A stretch of DNA of 64,000 nucleotides from Camelus dromedarius (taxonomy: Eukaryota): assembly GCF_036321535.1 (NCBI RefSeq), contig NC_087436.1:55864001-55928000 (forward strand). Reading direction: 5' to 3'. Each line of letters opens with the position of its first letter. The first letter of the stretch is position 1. Of the stretch, positions 25,931-40,143 are shown in pieces. The notes under the pieces were generated by a model. The model saw only the letters and a program-made list of their open reading frames with translations, was not told the origin of the DNA and did not search any database. A program made the position numbers and the translations under genes.

Positions 25931-26692
25931 AGAAAATGTTTCCTCCCCTACCATGTGGTATTATTGGGCAAAATTAGAGGTCAAAATGATTTCATTCACA
26001 CAATCTACAGCTAAGATTGTCAGCTAGAGACCACAGTTTTATTCTATGTGGACCAGTTCATGTGGATACTTGGCATTCCTCATATATGTAGTACCTGAAA
26101 TCCATGAAGAATATTCCAAGAGGACAGTTTAATGTCCAGTGTTAGTGTTGAATTGGCCAAAAATTCAACATGGCCCTGCCTGCAGTTGATATGGAAGAAG
26201 ACTTACAAGAACATGACTATCAAGGGACATGTGTCACTGGGGGCCCTCAAGTTCAGTCTCCCACACACTGCTAAGATAATACACGGAAAAGTGGCCCATC
26301 AAAATTATATTCCTGAAGTAACTTCAGGGATACAATAAAAGCACAGATGAAATAGGAATAAAGATGTAAGATTTTGAAATTTTTTTGAAAAAAAAAAAAA
26401 GGATAAGCTATATAATCTTGAATGCCACTACTTTTTTACTGTATATAACATTTTAAAATTATATAACCAATTTTGCATTACAGTGACATAAATGTCAGTC
26501 AAGAGGGCTTAAACAAAGAACATGTCTATTTGGGAAATGTCCAGACTAAAGATAAAGCTTTGTCAAATACCCTTAACAAATGTGCACGCACACACACACA
26601 CACACACACCCCGTTTCTTCCTGGAGAATTTCATACAACAATATCAGGCATATAATTTCTATATAGACTGGATTTTATTAAGTAAGTAACAG

Positions 26693-27313
26693 TGAAGCCC
26701 AGTAGGGTCCTGTGGGGCCCTCCTAGGTACAAAAGCCTTTCCATGTCCCCCATTTCTTGTTTGTAGGAAAAAGGTTTCAGCCTCCTAGACCATCCCTGAG
26801 TTCCAAAGGGCAGATTCAAAAAGTTACTAACTATGGAAGGGAGGGAATGCAGAAACAAAGGAAAGGCAGTCAATAAACAATAGTGCAGTGATGGGGCAGG
26901 GTCCTGGTTCCTTCTTGTGGGATATGCATAGCAATCTGATACGTATTTCTGAGCTCTACAGGAGCTGGGATCCCCACTCAGGTAGATGATGGTAACTTCA
27001 GGCTGAGCACAAGCATGTGTACCCAAGACTGGTTGGAATCAGAGGGCTGATGACTGAGATTTCTGGAACACCACCCCATTACCTCACCACCAACCAATCA
27101 CAAGGAAGTTAATCACATACCCTGCAGCCCTCCCCCCAGATTTGCCTTTAAAAACTCTTCCCTGAAACCCATCACAGATTTTTGGGCTTTTTGAGCATGA
27201 GCTGCCCGTTCTCCTTGCTTGGCCCTTGCAATAAATCTTTCTTTGCTCCAAATTCTGAAATTTTGGTTTGTTTGGCTTCACTGTGTGTAAGGAACACAAA
27301 CTTGGATTTGACA
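26693..27313 (+). mobile_element. ERV1-type solo LTR, lineage-specific
   Basis: TG...CA ends, ccaatca box, tttaaaa TATA-like site, gcaataaa poly(A) signal at ~27228, GC-richer than flanks. Confidence 0.75.
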
Positions 27314-28455
27314 TTAGGAATAGTATTTAAAAATTCAGAATACAATGAAAAATAGAAAGAGAAAATATGAGATATTAACATGAGCAATTTTAGAGTTTTA
27401 CTTTCTTTGTCCAATTTTATTCCTAAGAGTGCTCAGCCAAATACAGCAACTATATGGTTAACCAAATAGAGTAGAGAATAGGTCAAGATAAACTTTTCTC
27501 AAATGATCTTAGTTTAAAATCAGCAGTTTCAAGCTATAGGGCAATTGCCCAGAAGGATTCTCTGTACCCTGAGGTGTCAGGAGTTAGTAATGAAAGGCTG
27601 TTGGACTATTTTCTAAATTTAGAAACATAAGATATATAAGCTTAAATAGTTAAGCAAATCACCACGGTAATTTGTTTTTGCTTGGTTATATCAACTCAGT
27701 ATAATAGCTCTGGTGTTTAATTCAATAATCAGAAGCTGTTAGAAATGTGCTCATGTCTTTGATTACATGAACTAGAGAAATGTTTTTAGCTCCAGGAGAA
27801 GAGCTGTGTCTCCAAGACCTAAAATAGCGTTTGATTAATAGTAGGTAATCAATATTACTTGTTTAATAAATAAATGACTGCAAATTAATCTGGTGATATG
27901 GTAGAGAAAATATCTTCCAACACAGGATTTATAAGGGAAAAAATACAAATGAAATCTGTTGTTGAAAATATAGGGAGTTTCCTATTGTCTAGATATCCCA
28001 CTGAAATATCCTGTGAAATATCGCTAGAGATGTGGCTAAATATGAATCAAGGCAAAATTAACTGGCATTTCTAAACAGTTCTAAAGGATGACATCCCCTA
28101 TATACTTCCAATGACAATGTTCACAGCGATAGACTCTAAGTGCCAATTTGGGTATCACTGGACAGTGAAGAGCTGTAATTATCATCCTAGACATAATTTT
28201 GTGACTTATTTTTTATGTATTATGTTGTGGAAGTTGAGGCAGAAGGCTTTCTATACTGCAGCCTGTGCATTATCTGTGGCCTGCCTTTATATACCTCCCA
28301 CTTCATTATTGCTAAGTACAGAGAACTGTACCACTCTAGCCTCTACACACAAGAGATTTGATCCCTGAAGAATATTTAAATGTGAGAATATATAGTTTCT
28401 TTTCTTCAAGGAGGCCATATTACTTAAGAACATAGTTCTTTATATTTTAAAATAC

Positions 28456-28674
28456 CTTCTTCTAAGGCACTAATAATGCTTTTGAGGCAATATCTCACAA
28501 CATCTACAAAAGAAAGAGCTCATATATAGGGTCCTTCTCATATAGCTTTAAGCAGCAGCTTGATGAACTGTCAGTAAATCATTCATGGAACTGAGCTGAG
28601 AACATAGCTTGCTGGCCACAATTCCACATTACCTCTTTTAGCACAACTGTCATAAATCCCAGATGTTTAAAGTA
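28456..28674 (-). pseudogene. Candidate exon ...YVLSSVP*MIY*QFIKLLLKAI*EGPYI*ALSFVDVVRYCLK...
   Basis: Acceptor gatgtttttcag, donor AAG|GTATTT, 219 nt. Four of the five stops are TGA, compatible with CGA decay. VL..P...QF.KLL...LSF.DV.RY resembles RGS helices 1-4. Confidence 0.45.
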
Positions 28675-29520
28675 CTGAAAAACATCACACTTGTAATTTT
28701 TTCACACATTTTACTAACTATACTCATTTTAATTAATGTGTTAATCCAAAATGTTTGCATTTGAAGTATTACATCAGACACTAGTAGTAAAATATAAAAA
28801 TAAATAGCCAATAAATAATCCCATGTAACAAAAATATGCTTTACTGAATTTATAAATCCTAATTCTGAGATGAACTACAATATACATAATGTATACACTT
28901 TTCTCAACTAAACTGTGTAGGGGAACAAAATGTAAACAAAATACTTCTTCTGATACCTAATATGATTATAAAAGAATAAATTACTTAAGAATATTTTGAT
29001 ATTCATCTTATATTTTCATGAGAGCCTGGAAAAGCTCTGTCAGCAACATAATAGCATATTTGTTAAATAATACTGTAAATTTTTAAAACTACAATTATGT
29101 ACATTATCAGGAGGCAACTGCTCATGTATGAAATACATTTTAAAAGTTTGCATTACAATGTATGAGTCTGAGTCTTAAATATATGAAAATATATTACTCC
29201 TTATATAACTTCATGTGCATTTTTAAAGATAAACAAAAATCATAACAACATGTAAGTGTTTCATGGACATAGTCTTGAAACATCTTAAACATCTTTGCAA
29301 AAATCAGTGGAAAAATGTTTGCAGAATTGGGCATATACCCTTCTGATAAACAAGTCTATTCATTTAATAAGCAGTATTAACTCTAGTAGAATATTATTAA
29401 ACATAATTAGAGCCTCTTAACAGCATAAGCCTTGAATAATCCTTGTCATTTCTTTCAAATTGTTAAAGCACTCAGAAGATTAAATATTGTAATGAATTAT
29501 TTTCAAGTTTTGAATCTTAC

Positions 29521-29673
29521 CTTTAGGATTAAGACTTCAAATACTGAGAAGGAAAGCTAATTAGGGGAAAATCACTTCTTGTTTAGGAAGATATGTTACC
29601 AAATTAATAAACCAAAGTTTTATCTTACAGGATAACTAATTTTATGTCAACTAGGATTCTTTAACTTGATCAG
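29521..29673 (-). pseudogene. Candidate exon ...LLIW*HIFLNKK*FSPN*LSFSVFEVLILK
   Basis: Donor AAG|GTAAGA, 153 nt, phase 0-0, five stops. FLNKKxFSPN recalls an RGS22 motif (from memory). Confidence 0.35.
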
Positions 29674-29809
29674 CTGTTATAGTATAGCATTTTAAAAATA
29701 AATATGTACACTGAATGGAAAAACAATATTTATGAATGTTATTATATTTGAATTGTTTCAAAATTATTTATAAATAGGCACTGACAACAACAATGAAGGT
29801 AAATTTTGT

Positions 29810-31750
29810 TCAATAGGAATTCCAGTTCTACACAAGATGGAATAGAATTCTTTCACCCTACTAATTCTGCTAAGTACAAGTAAAACTCTGAGCATAATAC
29901 AACAAATAACAGAAGTGTGTAAAAGGTAGGAAGAAGACAGGTCTTGGGATTTGAAGAATGACACAGGAGTGTTTTCTGGGTTATCTTTTTTCTTTTCATG
30001 TATTCCAGACTGAGGTCTGGAGAACATGGCAACCCAGAAATGCCAAAAGGCACAACAAAAAATGGTTCAAGAAAAGACTGCTCTCTCTAGCCAAAGAATC
30101 AAAAAAAAAAAAAGTTAACTGGAAGAAGCGAAAACTTCTTCATCGAATACCTCACTAACCTCCCCCTTTCTCTTACATTCTTCCTCTCCCCATCATGTCA
30201 TTAGAGGCTATATGGAGAACCATTAGGTTGTAGTAGACAGTGTTCTGTTTTTAATGCTCAGATGGTGTTAGTGGTGGCTGAGTGGGAACCCTACCCATCT
30301 GAAGTGGGTGGCATTACACTAACCCAATTATGCTAGTGTCCACCGAGGCCAAAAGGAAAACTTACACCACCTTTCTGTACAGACAAGAGGAAGCCCCTTT
30401 CTCTCCCAATCAGAGTTTTAGTGGAGGGAGCTAGTGAAAGGGATTTGCTAAATCTATATATGAAGTTCAAGGTAGGCTCCTGAGTAGCCCACATGAGAAA
30501 TTGACAAGATTCAGCACAGCAGAATATTTGAGACCTGGACAATGTTTGGAAAACCACTAGGGTTTTCAGACTAGCCCCTGATACCACACAAACAAGGCAG
30601 AGCAGACTACCACTGCAAGACTGAAAACTAAACAGAAACTGTATGCTAAACCTAAATGTGTCAACTATCTGATAAAACAGAAGATTTAAACAGGACCCAG
30701 AGTCTAAAAACATAATATCCAAAATGTCCAGGATATATGTGAAAATTCCTTATCATATCAACAAACAGGAAAATCACAACTGGAATAAGAATTGACAACA
30801 GACACCAACCTCAAGGTGAATCAGCTATGAGAATTATCTGATAAGGATGTCAATGCAGCCATTTAAAAATACTTCAGTGAGCAATTACAAACACTCTTGA
30901 AACAAGGAGAAAAAACAGGAAATTATAGCAAAAAATAATAATAATAAGGTTAAAAAATTAGAGCCAAATGGAAATTATAGAATGGAAAAATACAAGAAAC
31001 AAAAAGTTGCTCAATAACAGAATAGAGTGACAGAATAAAGAATCAATAAATTTGATGACCACTCAGTAAAAATTGCCCAATCTGAACAACAGAAAGAAAA
31101 TAGGCTGAAAATTTAAAAATGAAAAAAGCTTCAGGAACATGTAGACAATAAAGAAGATCTAAAATGTGTATTATTAAGTCCTAGAAAGAGAAGATAAAGA
31201 AGTGTCAATCTCAAAAATTATTTAAAGTAATCGCTAAAATTTTCCCAAATTTGGCAAGAGGTACAAACCTTCATAATCAAGAAGATGAATGAATTCTGAA
31301 AAGTATAAATTCATATAAACCCACATCAAAATACATCATAATCAGATTTAAGAAAAATAAAGACAGAGAAAAAAGATAAAACAGCTAGCACAAGATGACA
31401 CATTACCTCAGGGAACAAACAATTCAAGTAACAGTAGACTTCTCATCTGAAACCATGAAGGTCATAAGGAACTGGCAAAACATTTTTCAAGTGCAGAAAG
31501 AACTTCAATCCAGAACAAATTTCTGTGTACGTTAGGAATTAAGGGAAGATAAAGACATTTTCAGATGAGGATAACTAAGATAACTTATTGCCAGCAGACG
31601 AGACCACATGAAAGGCTAATGGAAGTTCTTCGATCAGAAAGAAAATGGTAACAAAGGGAAACTTGAAACACCAGGGAGGGAGGAAGAGCAATACAAGAGG
31701 TAATAATAGGGGTATAAAAATGGAACTGTTTTCATCTTGAGCTTTTAAAA
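29810..31750 (+). mobile_element. Old L1 5' UTR and ORF1 remnant
   Basis: ORF1-like segments (aaaattttcccaaatttggc, cagtagacttctcatctgaaaccatg, aaagacattttcagatg). Confidence 0.75.
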
Positions 31751-31770
31751 TGAAAGACTTAAATACTTAG

Positions 31771-32081
31771 GACTGCACTGTCTGATACACAAGCCACCAG
31801 TAATAGATGTCTAATAAGAACTTGAAATCTACTCTGAATGGAGATCTGCTGTATGTGGAAAATCCACCTTGAACTTCAAAGACATAGTATAAAAAAAGTA
31901 AAAATTCAATTAACATTTTAGTTGAAATTGTATTACTCTGAATACATTAAACAAAAATACATTATTAAGGTTGAAATCAATGTTATCATTTTTCCTTTCT
32001 TTAGTGTGGCTACTAGAAAATTTTCAATTACATGTATGACTTTTATTTGTGATCTGCACTGTACTGATACTGGACAGTGCT
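31771..32081. mobile_element. MER33-like hAT-Charlie MITE
   Basis: Terminal inverted repeats gcactgtc...gacagtgc; internal gtggctactagaaaattt. Confidence 0.75.
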
Positions 32082-35000
32082 AACCTAACGTGCTTAACAT
32101 TCACACTTTCATGAAAAACTGCCCATAATTAAGAAGAAATTTGAAACTAGTGGAATTCAGTAAAATGCAACTATTTTGTTAAAACATTGATATTTTTGAT
32201 ACAAAAACTAGTACCAAATTTTAGGAGAGTATGGTTTTAGGAGAATGTAATACGGGACTGTTCACTAGGCCTGTAAATTACCCTAAATTAGGTGAGAAAG
32301 TGTTACTGCTAAATGCAGGCCTTGTTTAAAAAAAAATTTTTGGTAAAGATTTTGCATTAAAATTTTTAAGATAACCTCTAAAGGAACAACTGCAAACTAT
32401 AGTTTTAAGCCATTCAAGGAAAAGAGAAGAGGAAATACAGAAAGCTTTCTCAAAAATAAGTGAAAGACAAAGGCACAAATAGCATTTATTAAAAGACAGT
32501 GAATATCAGATAAGGCAAAAAAAACCCCAATAATCAAAAACTGTTCATTTCACATTACCAAATATGTGCAAATGAACAAATCAGTGAAATACCATTTTAC
32601 ATATTAAATTGAAAGAAGTGTGGTCAAGGTTATCAAAAGTGAACTTGTTTAAACAATACTGGTGAGAATATAAATTGCAATACCCTCTTAGTAAGAAAAA
32701 TTGGTTAAAAGATGCCCATTACAATATAATATATAAGACCTAGAAATCAGATTTCATATGGATGCCCAACAATGGAAAATGATTAAGTAATTGATAGTAT
32801 GTCTATATTATTAAATATTATAGTCATTAAAATCATGTTTTCAAACAACATATATAGTAAGATGGAGAATGTTTAGAATTTAATAATTGAATGAAACATG
32901 ATACAGAATTGAATTGCAAGATTGTTAAGGAAACTATATATTTAATGTACGTAAGCACATGTTCATTTTTAAAAGCTAGTGTGACACAATGTTAAAACAG
33001 AAATAGTTTAGTTTCTGCTGAGGACCAAGAAAATAGATTCCAAAATGAAGTGTAAAACCATCATGTATAACTTGCAACAGGAGGTTATAGAAAACCATTT
33101 GCTTCCAACCCTCTCATTCACATCAAGAGGTGAAGAAGATTAGAACAGTGGGCTTAGTCTTTGGTGTGCTGGTGTGCATGGGTGGAGTCCATCTACTCTC
33201 CTGCTTTAAGAAAGGAGAATGAATGGAATTCTCCATCCTCCTCAACTAAAGAGAGAGGACAATGAGGAAACTACTCAAGGGGCTTAATGTCTGTCACCTG
33301 CAGTTGGTGTACATGGTGGGCTGATATCAGAAGGAGTTTGAGGAACCTGAGGATGAGTAATTCCCTGGCAAGTTAATCTGCTGAGGGAAGTAGGGGTGCT
33401 TTTACCTTGGTATCTACCTATCTTCTCTAGTTTTTCCTGACAGTATTTTGGGGGAACCAGATGTGGCACCATGTGAGAGACAGCCTGGTGGGCTGGCAGT
33501 GATCCTGCCCAGGATTGCCATCCAGAGGACAATGGAATCCCATCAGTGAGAGAAAGTTTATGTGGCAGTGGAACACTGAGACCCAGGGAGAAAAAAGAGG
33601 GAGAAGCCATTACCTGGGCAAGGGAATAGCAGGTAAATATTCCCATTAGTCAGAGAAGTCATGCAGAGCAGTATACAAGGAACCCAAGAAAGTATCCTAT
33701 GAGGGATAGTTTTAAATATCTCCCTGATAAAGAGCACATCCCAACTCTGAACAGTATCAATCAAACAAGTGTCTGACTCCCTTCCTTTCTTCTTCCCCTC
33801 ACTTATTTCCTTGCAAGGGTCAGACACTTACTGATAAGGTGAAGGAGGGACAAAGACATCAGTCAGGGAAAGAGGAGAAAACATACCTCTCTCCCACCGC
33901 AGTTGCTTAGCCTAAGCTGGAAAAGGGGAAGTATCTAGTATTTTGAATGATTTTTAAACCCTGAATATCACAGTGGGCTGAAAATACTACTGTTTGTAGA
34001 AGATTTCATTATCTGAAAATGACTAGATAAGCCTGGGGACTTCCCCTACATTACATCCAGGAAAAGAACTAGGGCAAGGAGAATTAGTCAACACAATAAA
34101 TGAAAAAAGACAGGAGGAGACAAGAATAAATGTGCTTTGTGATTATATCCCACAAGACATGCTTGATTCACATGGCAGCTACATCTGAAAGAAAAAGGGA
34201 AGACTAGAAGGAAATCTATCCTTATTAGCAGTTGTATTTGGGGAGATAGTAATGGGATTACTTGTGACTTTTTCTTTTCTTTCTTTTTGATTTTTATAAA
34301 ATCAATATGATATTTTTTATCCTGTAACCAAATGGGACTTATAGTGCATGGTTGCCTGGGCCCCCAGATCTTAATGGTTTCTTTTTAGTTAACCACATAA
34401 GTTTCTTTCATAAGATGGGATGGTTTCTCACCAACGAACTACTGCAATCCTTCTAGAAAAATGCTAAGATATATTTAAACTACAGTTTATTCTGTAAAAA
34501 TCTCAACATAATATATTAAGCATGTTTTTTGTTATATGAAAAATTGTAAGTTGCACTAACAAAAAACAGATCATTCACAGTGATAAAGAGGTTCATTTTT
34601 AGTGTGTAGTTAGCATAGTTGAGCCAATAAACAGGGTTAAGCACAGGGGACAGGAGTCTATCATATATGCACAGAACTAATGCTTCATAGCTCCTCATTC
34701 ATATTTTTTAACTGTCCTTAAAAATTTTATATACACACAGTATTTTACATACCCTGTAACCTCTTTTAACTCACAAAATTATCACATACTTTTAGAAATT
34801 TACTATAGAAATAAATATATTTTATCATTTGTTATCTTTTAGTGGAAAGTTTTCAATTATATCCCCTATAAGAAATGCTTAATTTGGGGGCATGCATTCC
34901 TGGATAATCAGAATAACTTGATTTAAGACCTTACTTGTAATTTTTCTCATTTATAAAAATACCCAATCTCCTTCATAAGAGTGTTAGGATTTAATTAATC

Positions 35001-35421
35001 ACCTGACTCACTGAGAATATAAAGCACAGATCAGTGTGAAGATTTTTTAGTTACAGTTTCTTTTATCACCAGAGATGCAGAGCTGTGAATTAATTTTTAC
35101 TTAACTCTCACAGATGAAAAAAATTCTTTAATAAATATATATTAAAACAGATTATCTGAAATGTTAGTGTCAATAACTGCAGTTTTGGTGATTATGGATA
35201 TGCATTTGAATGCTATGAGGGAAAAGAGTGCACAGAGAAATTCTCTTTATATTCTCAATGGTGTTTTCATTAATCAGATGGGATTTGGTAACTAAAACAG
35301 AAATATTATGACTGAACTAGTAAAAAAAATTGGAAAAATAAATATAAGAAGCTGATATGTCTACACTGATGAAATAAATGTGTGTGTGTGCGTGTGTGTG
35401 TGAATGTGGAAAAAGAGAGAG

Positions 35422-36045
35422 ACCTACAAGATGGCCCCGAAGATTCCTGTCCCCTGGTGTAGTCACCCTGTGTATGTGTTCCTCTTGAGTGTAGGCAGGA
35501 CTTACGAATACGAAGGGCTTCAATGATTAGGTTACATTATATAAGACACTGTTGTATCAGGCTGGAAAGATTTTCCTGCTGACTGAAGAATTAAGTTGTC
35601 ATGTTATGAGAAGGCCAAATAGTTAGGACCTGAGAGCAGCCTCTAGAAACTGAGAGTAACTCCTAGTTGATAACATCATCAGCACAGGTGTGTTCCTTTC
35701 TTCAGGCTCTAGGAAGAATCAGTTTTTTCACCTTCCAGAAGCCATTCACACTTGATAGCTAGTGTCCCCTTTCTCCACCTTCAAAGCCAGCAACAGTGGG
35801 TCAACTCTTCCCCACATTGAATCACTGATCTCTTCTAGCTCCCTCCTCCACATTTAAAAATTTTTGTGAATACATTAGACCCAATCAAAGAATCCAGGAA
35901 AAGCCCCCTATCTTAAGGTCAGCTGATTAGCAATTTTACTTCCATCTGTTCTTTTATTTCCCTTTGCCACAAAATGTAACATACTCACAAATTCATGATA
36001 TTAGGGTGTGAACAACCTCAGGGGACCATTATTCTGGCTATCAAA
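35422..36045. mobile_element. Two MLT1 (MaLR) LTR fragments in opposite orientation
   Basis: aagatggccccgaagattcctgtcccctggtg (sense) and aatccaggaaaagccccctatcttaaggtcagctgattagc (antisense). Confidence 0.7.
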
Positions 36046-37916
36046 TACATCAACAAAGAATAGATATAATGATGAAAGAAAGACAATACAAACATTAATT
36101 TTAAGGGTTTATTCTAAAATCTTAATCACACTGCTAGGATGAATATTTAGAAAATTTTCTAAGTTTCTGAAACACAATAGACCTGAACTTTCTTCATATC
36201 TTTCCATGTAAATTAGCCTACATTACATAGTTTAACATAAGTTAAACCAGTGTTATAAATAAAAATAATGTTCATATACAAAGATGGAATATATTTAAAA
36301 TTCAACTATTATTTAATTTTGTTATTTTCCAACTGATTAGTGTATCTTAGTAATATAACCAAAACTCTCTCCTTATTATTTAGAATAATTAGGAATATTG
36401 AAGTATTTATGTTTTAGTAAAAGATTCCTTTTTTCACTGAAAATTAATAAATGTTACTATGATATAACAATATTAGCACTTGGCTGTTTAAACAAAAATC
36501 CAAATAAATCATTTATATGAATTCTGTAAGATAAAATATTTATTAAAAAATGAACAGGAATAAAATATATTATTTTACATTATTACTCCAAATTTTCCTT
36601 ATTAAAAATAAAAAAATACAAGTCAATACTGCTTAAAATGACCACTAATGATATTTGTTATTTTATAAAACTATAAATCTATTGTTTACAGAGCCTTGTG
36701 GAAAATTTTGTTTTAGTCAACATTATTGAATACAAATACACAGTCTCTTAGAAGACTTGATTTGTCTGGCTCTCTGATCACCAATTTAACTACGCTCATA
36801 ATGTATCATGAAAAAATCTGCTCTAGTTCAAACAATTTTCCTAATAAATACGTTCACAAAATAAAAAAGTAAATCCTTTGATGAAAACAAATTGTACCTT
36901 GGGGCCTTTCTGCTCTAAACAGGGAAAAGTAAGTGCTCCCTCAAGGAAAGAAATACACAAAATCAGCTCAACAAATCTCTGTGGTCCTACCCACAGGCAA
37001 ACAAGAAACATGTATCAACCTTTGGGGAAATCTAAATAATATATAATACCTAAAATATTATCAGGCATATCAGGCATAGGAAAACTTACTTCAGATTCTA
37101 CACTACAAACTAGATGCTGAGAGGAAAGAAATACTATATAATTCATTATAATTTAAAATATACAAGTAACTATCTTAGAGGAAGACAAATTTGTACACTA
37201 AGCCTGACATGATTATAATCACCGCTCTAGTATGGAATCTCTGATGAATGTGGAATGGTTTTGTGTTTGCATTATTTGGTTGCTTTCATTTTCAATACTG
37301 CATTATGCCTTTTTGCTATATTAATGCAAATCTGGAATTTGAAAATACCTTAAGAGACATTAAAAACCTTTTAAGTCTACACTCTAGCTAGATTAAACAA
37401 TGGTGTAGAGCTATAGTTTTCAGAGCAATTACTGCTGTGCTGTAGCCTCTCTTATGTTCAACAAGTATTAGGTTTTAAGTTCCAAATTTTATACAACAGC
37501 ATTCCAACTACAGAAAAGTTCTTGTGGTTTAGAGTTCTCAAGAAACTCCAGGGAAAATAAATAAAATAAAGTTATATTTTATTACATCTTACTCATTATG
37601 TTCTCATGAGTAGGAGTGGTTCCCTAAAGACAATTTTCAATCTCACTCAAGTTAATATGAATTATAGATAGCTAAAAGTCTATTATGTGCATTAAATTAA
37701 AAGTATGTACCCCCCAAAATGCCTAGCTTATAGATGTTGAGTAAATGCTGTGTACTTAAACCAGTGTACTACATATATGATCATATATATCAAAATATAT
37801 ATGTATTGCTCCAGCATATCTCAAAATAACATGTGACTGGATAAAACATGCTTAGCCACAAAATCCCTAACCATCATAAAATAGCAACATTATTACATAA
37901 AATACGCCCAATGTTT

Positions 37917-38301
37917 GCTGTGGACTGAATTATACCCTCTCAAAATTCATATGACTAAGCCCCTAACCCCAAAGTGACAGCACTGAGATAGGGCCTAAAA
38001 GGACAAAATTAAGGTTAAATAAGGTCATAATGGTGGGGCCCTGATCCAAAGGAATTAGTATCCTTATAAGAAAAGATATCAAAGAGCTCTCTACTTCTGT
38101 CTCTCTGTGTGCACACTCAGAGGAAAGGCCATGTTAGGACCCAGTGAGAAGGTACCTGTCTGCAGACCAGGAAGAGAGCACTTGCCAGATACCAAACTCT
38201 TCTGGATCTTTATCTAGAATATCCAGCCTCCAAAAGTCTAAGAAATAAATTTCTGTTGTTTAAGCCACCTAGTTTGTGGTATTTTGCTATAACATAATAC
38301 A
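37917..38301 (+). mobile_element. MLT1A/B (MaLR) solo LTR
   Basis: ctgtggactgaatt...caaaattcatatg...aaataaatttctgttgtttaagccacctagtttgtggtatttt. Confidence 0.85.
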
Positions 38302-39626
38302 AGGTTGCAAATCATTATTTGCCTCTTCAGACTAAATATTATCTATATATGCATATTTCAAATTTGTCTTATTATAAATTTTCTTTATTTGTTAAGCCAT
38401 AGTTTAATTCCATTGTGGACATATTTATATCACCACTCTATGGGCTTTTTTTTACGTTCTCTCTGGACTTTTCCATTTTATGTTACAGCTTTATGGATGA
38501 TACTACAGCTTTGTTTATTGACTCTCCACTAGCTCATTTTCCCAAAGCAGTCCTACAGTTTTTGCTGACAATATTAATTACTTCCAGAGAAAATTCTTAC
38601 CAAATCCCATTGACTCAGTCACAACTACCTTTAAGCTCCTCAGAAACTTTATCAAATCCATAGACTATCTCCTTTGTTATTCCCTATGATTTCCCTAGTG
38701 CCTAATAGCATGGTAGATACTACATGATATTGGCTAAATCAATGAACAAACAAAAGAATATGCTTTTTCATCCTTCTCTTGCTATCAAGGGTAGTATTAA
38801 CCGAATCTAGCTTCCAAAAGCTGCAGAAGTCAAATTTCTTGTAGTAGCATCCAGTGTTGGTGATACAAGCCCTGGATGAGCAACAACATACAGTGGAGTA
38901 TTCAGAGCACTGTTCTGAACTACATAGCCCCCAAGCCTAATTCTCTGACCCACTGAAATATTCTGTAAGCTAATTACAATCTTTTAGTAAGTCATGTTTC
39001 TGCTTTAGCTGACCAGAATTGGTTCTGATTGTTGTCAGTGAAGACTTTTGACGGACATAGTGTTTACCTAAGCAAAGGAGACACCACTTTCAAGAGATAC
39101 CAAAGAGGATCAGTCACACAATACAGGCTAAGAACTACAATTTAAAAAAAAAAAAAGTTTGCTTGAGAAAGTTGTGGTTAAAATTTCTCCAATTAAATCA
39201 GGTTTTAAAATTTTGAATATGAAACTTTTATGAGCCTATAGAGACATAATGGCAGGTTACAGTAAAAAGATTAATTCTGGAATACATTCTCTATTTTCAC
39301 CACTTTTCTTCTTTTAATTGTGTAACATTAAAATGTGAGTAATTTTATTTTATAGTCATATTCTTATTCATTCTACTCCTGCCTATTTGTATAATAAATA
39401 CCAATATACTTGAAGTTTTATAATATAAATTAAAAGAAGTCAAGTAAATTCTTGATTTTTTACATCTTCAGTCATTTACAAATGAACATTAATATCTTTC
39501 TCTAATGAACTACAGGAACTTGACAGGCATTATCTAATTCATGTTCTCACTAATCTTAGTGTGGTAATACCATCCTTATTTTAACACTGGTGTAACTGAA
39601 GGAAAAATTAAACATTAGTCCAAAGC

Positions 39627-39654
<28 letters not shown>
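39627..39654. repeat. (CA)n microsatellite
   Basis: Perfect CA run. Confidence 0.9.
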
Positions 39655-39657
<3 letters not shown>

Positions 39658-39915
39658 CCAGAAATCATGTCTACTTATCTTAAATTCAAGCTCATGAGGA
39701 AGAGAAGAACAAATGAAAAATGAATCCTTTCTTCAACATCATCTTCAGTTAGTATGAGTGTACACAGTGGTAGGAATGAAAATTATCTGCTCTGAAAACT
39801 TGAATTTTATTGTTAAAATTTCATCTTGCTGACTGAATTATGAGACCACTCAGAATAAGTCTATTCTGTAGTTAATTTTAGGCTTCTTGAGGTAACAAAC
39901 TGTTATTAGGTTTAC

Positions 39916-40143
39916 TCATCATCTTGTACCATAATTTCTCCTCCATTCATCCATGAAGAATAGAAATCAGTAAATAGTTCAATAACATCTACAGCTTCTG
40001 ATCCAGTTCCCTGACTTCTTGCTTACTGTAATGTAACAGTTAGCTCACAAAGCTAAAAGTCTTCTTTAAGCATGTGGAAATGTGCATGACACCATGACTG
40101 GCATACATTTAGATCTTTCTTTTCCTTAAATTTACAACCACAT
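39916..40143 (-). pseudogene. Candidate exon ...HFHMLKEDF*LCELTVTLQ*ARSQGTGSEAVDVIELFTDFYSSW...
   Basis: AG acceptor at 40144-40145, weak donor GA|GTAAAC, 228 nt, 2 stops in 75 codons. Phase-compatible with the preceding exon. Confidence 0.3.
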
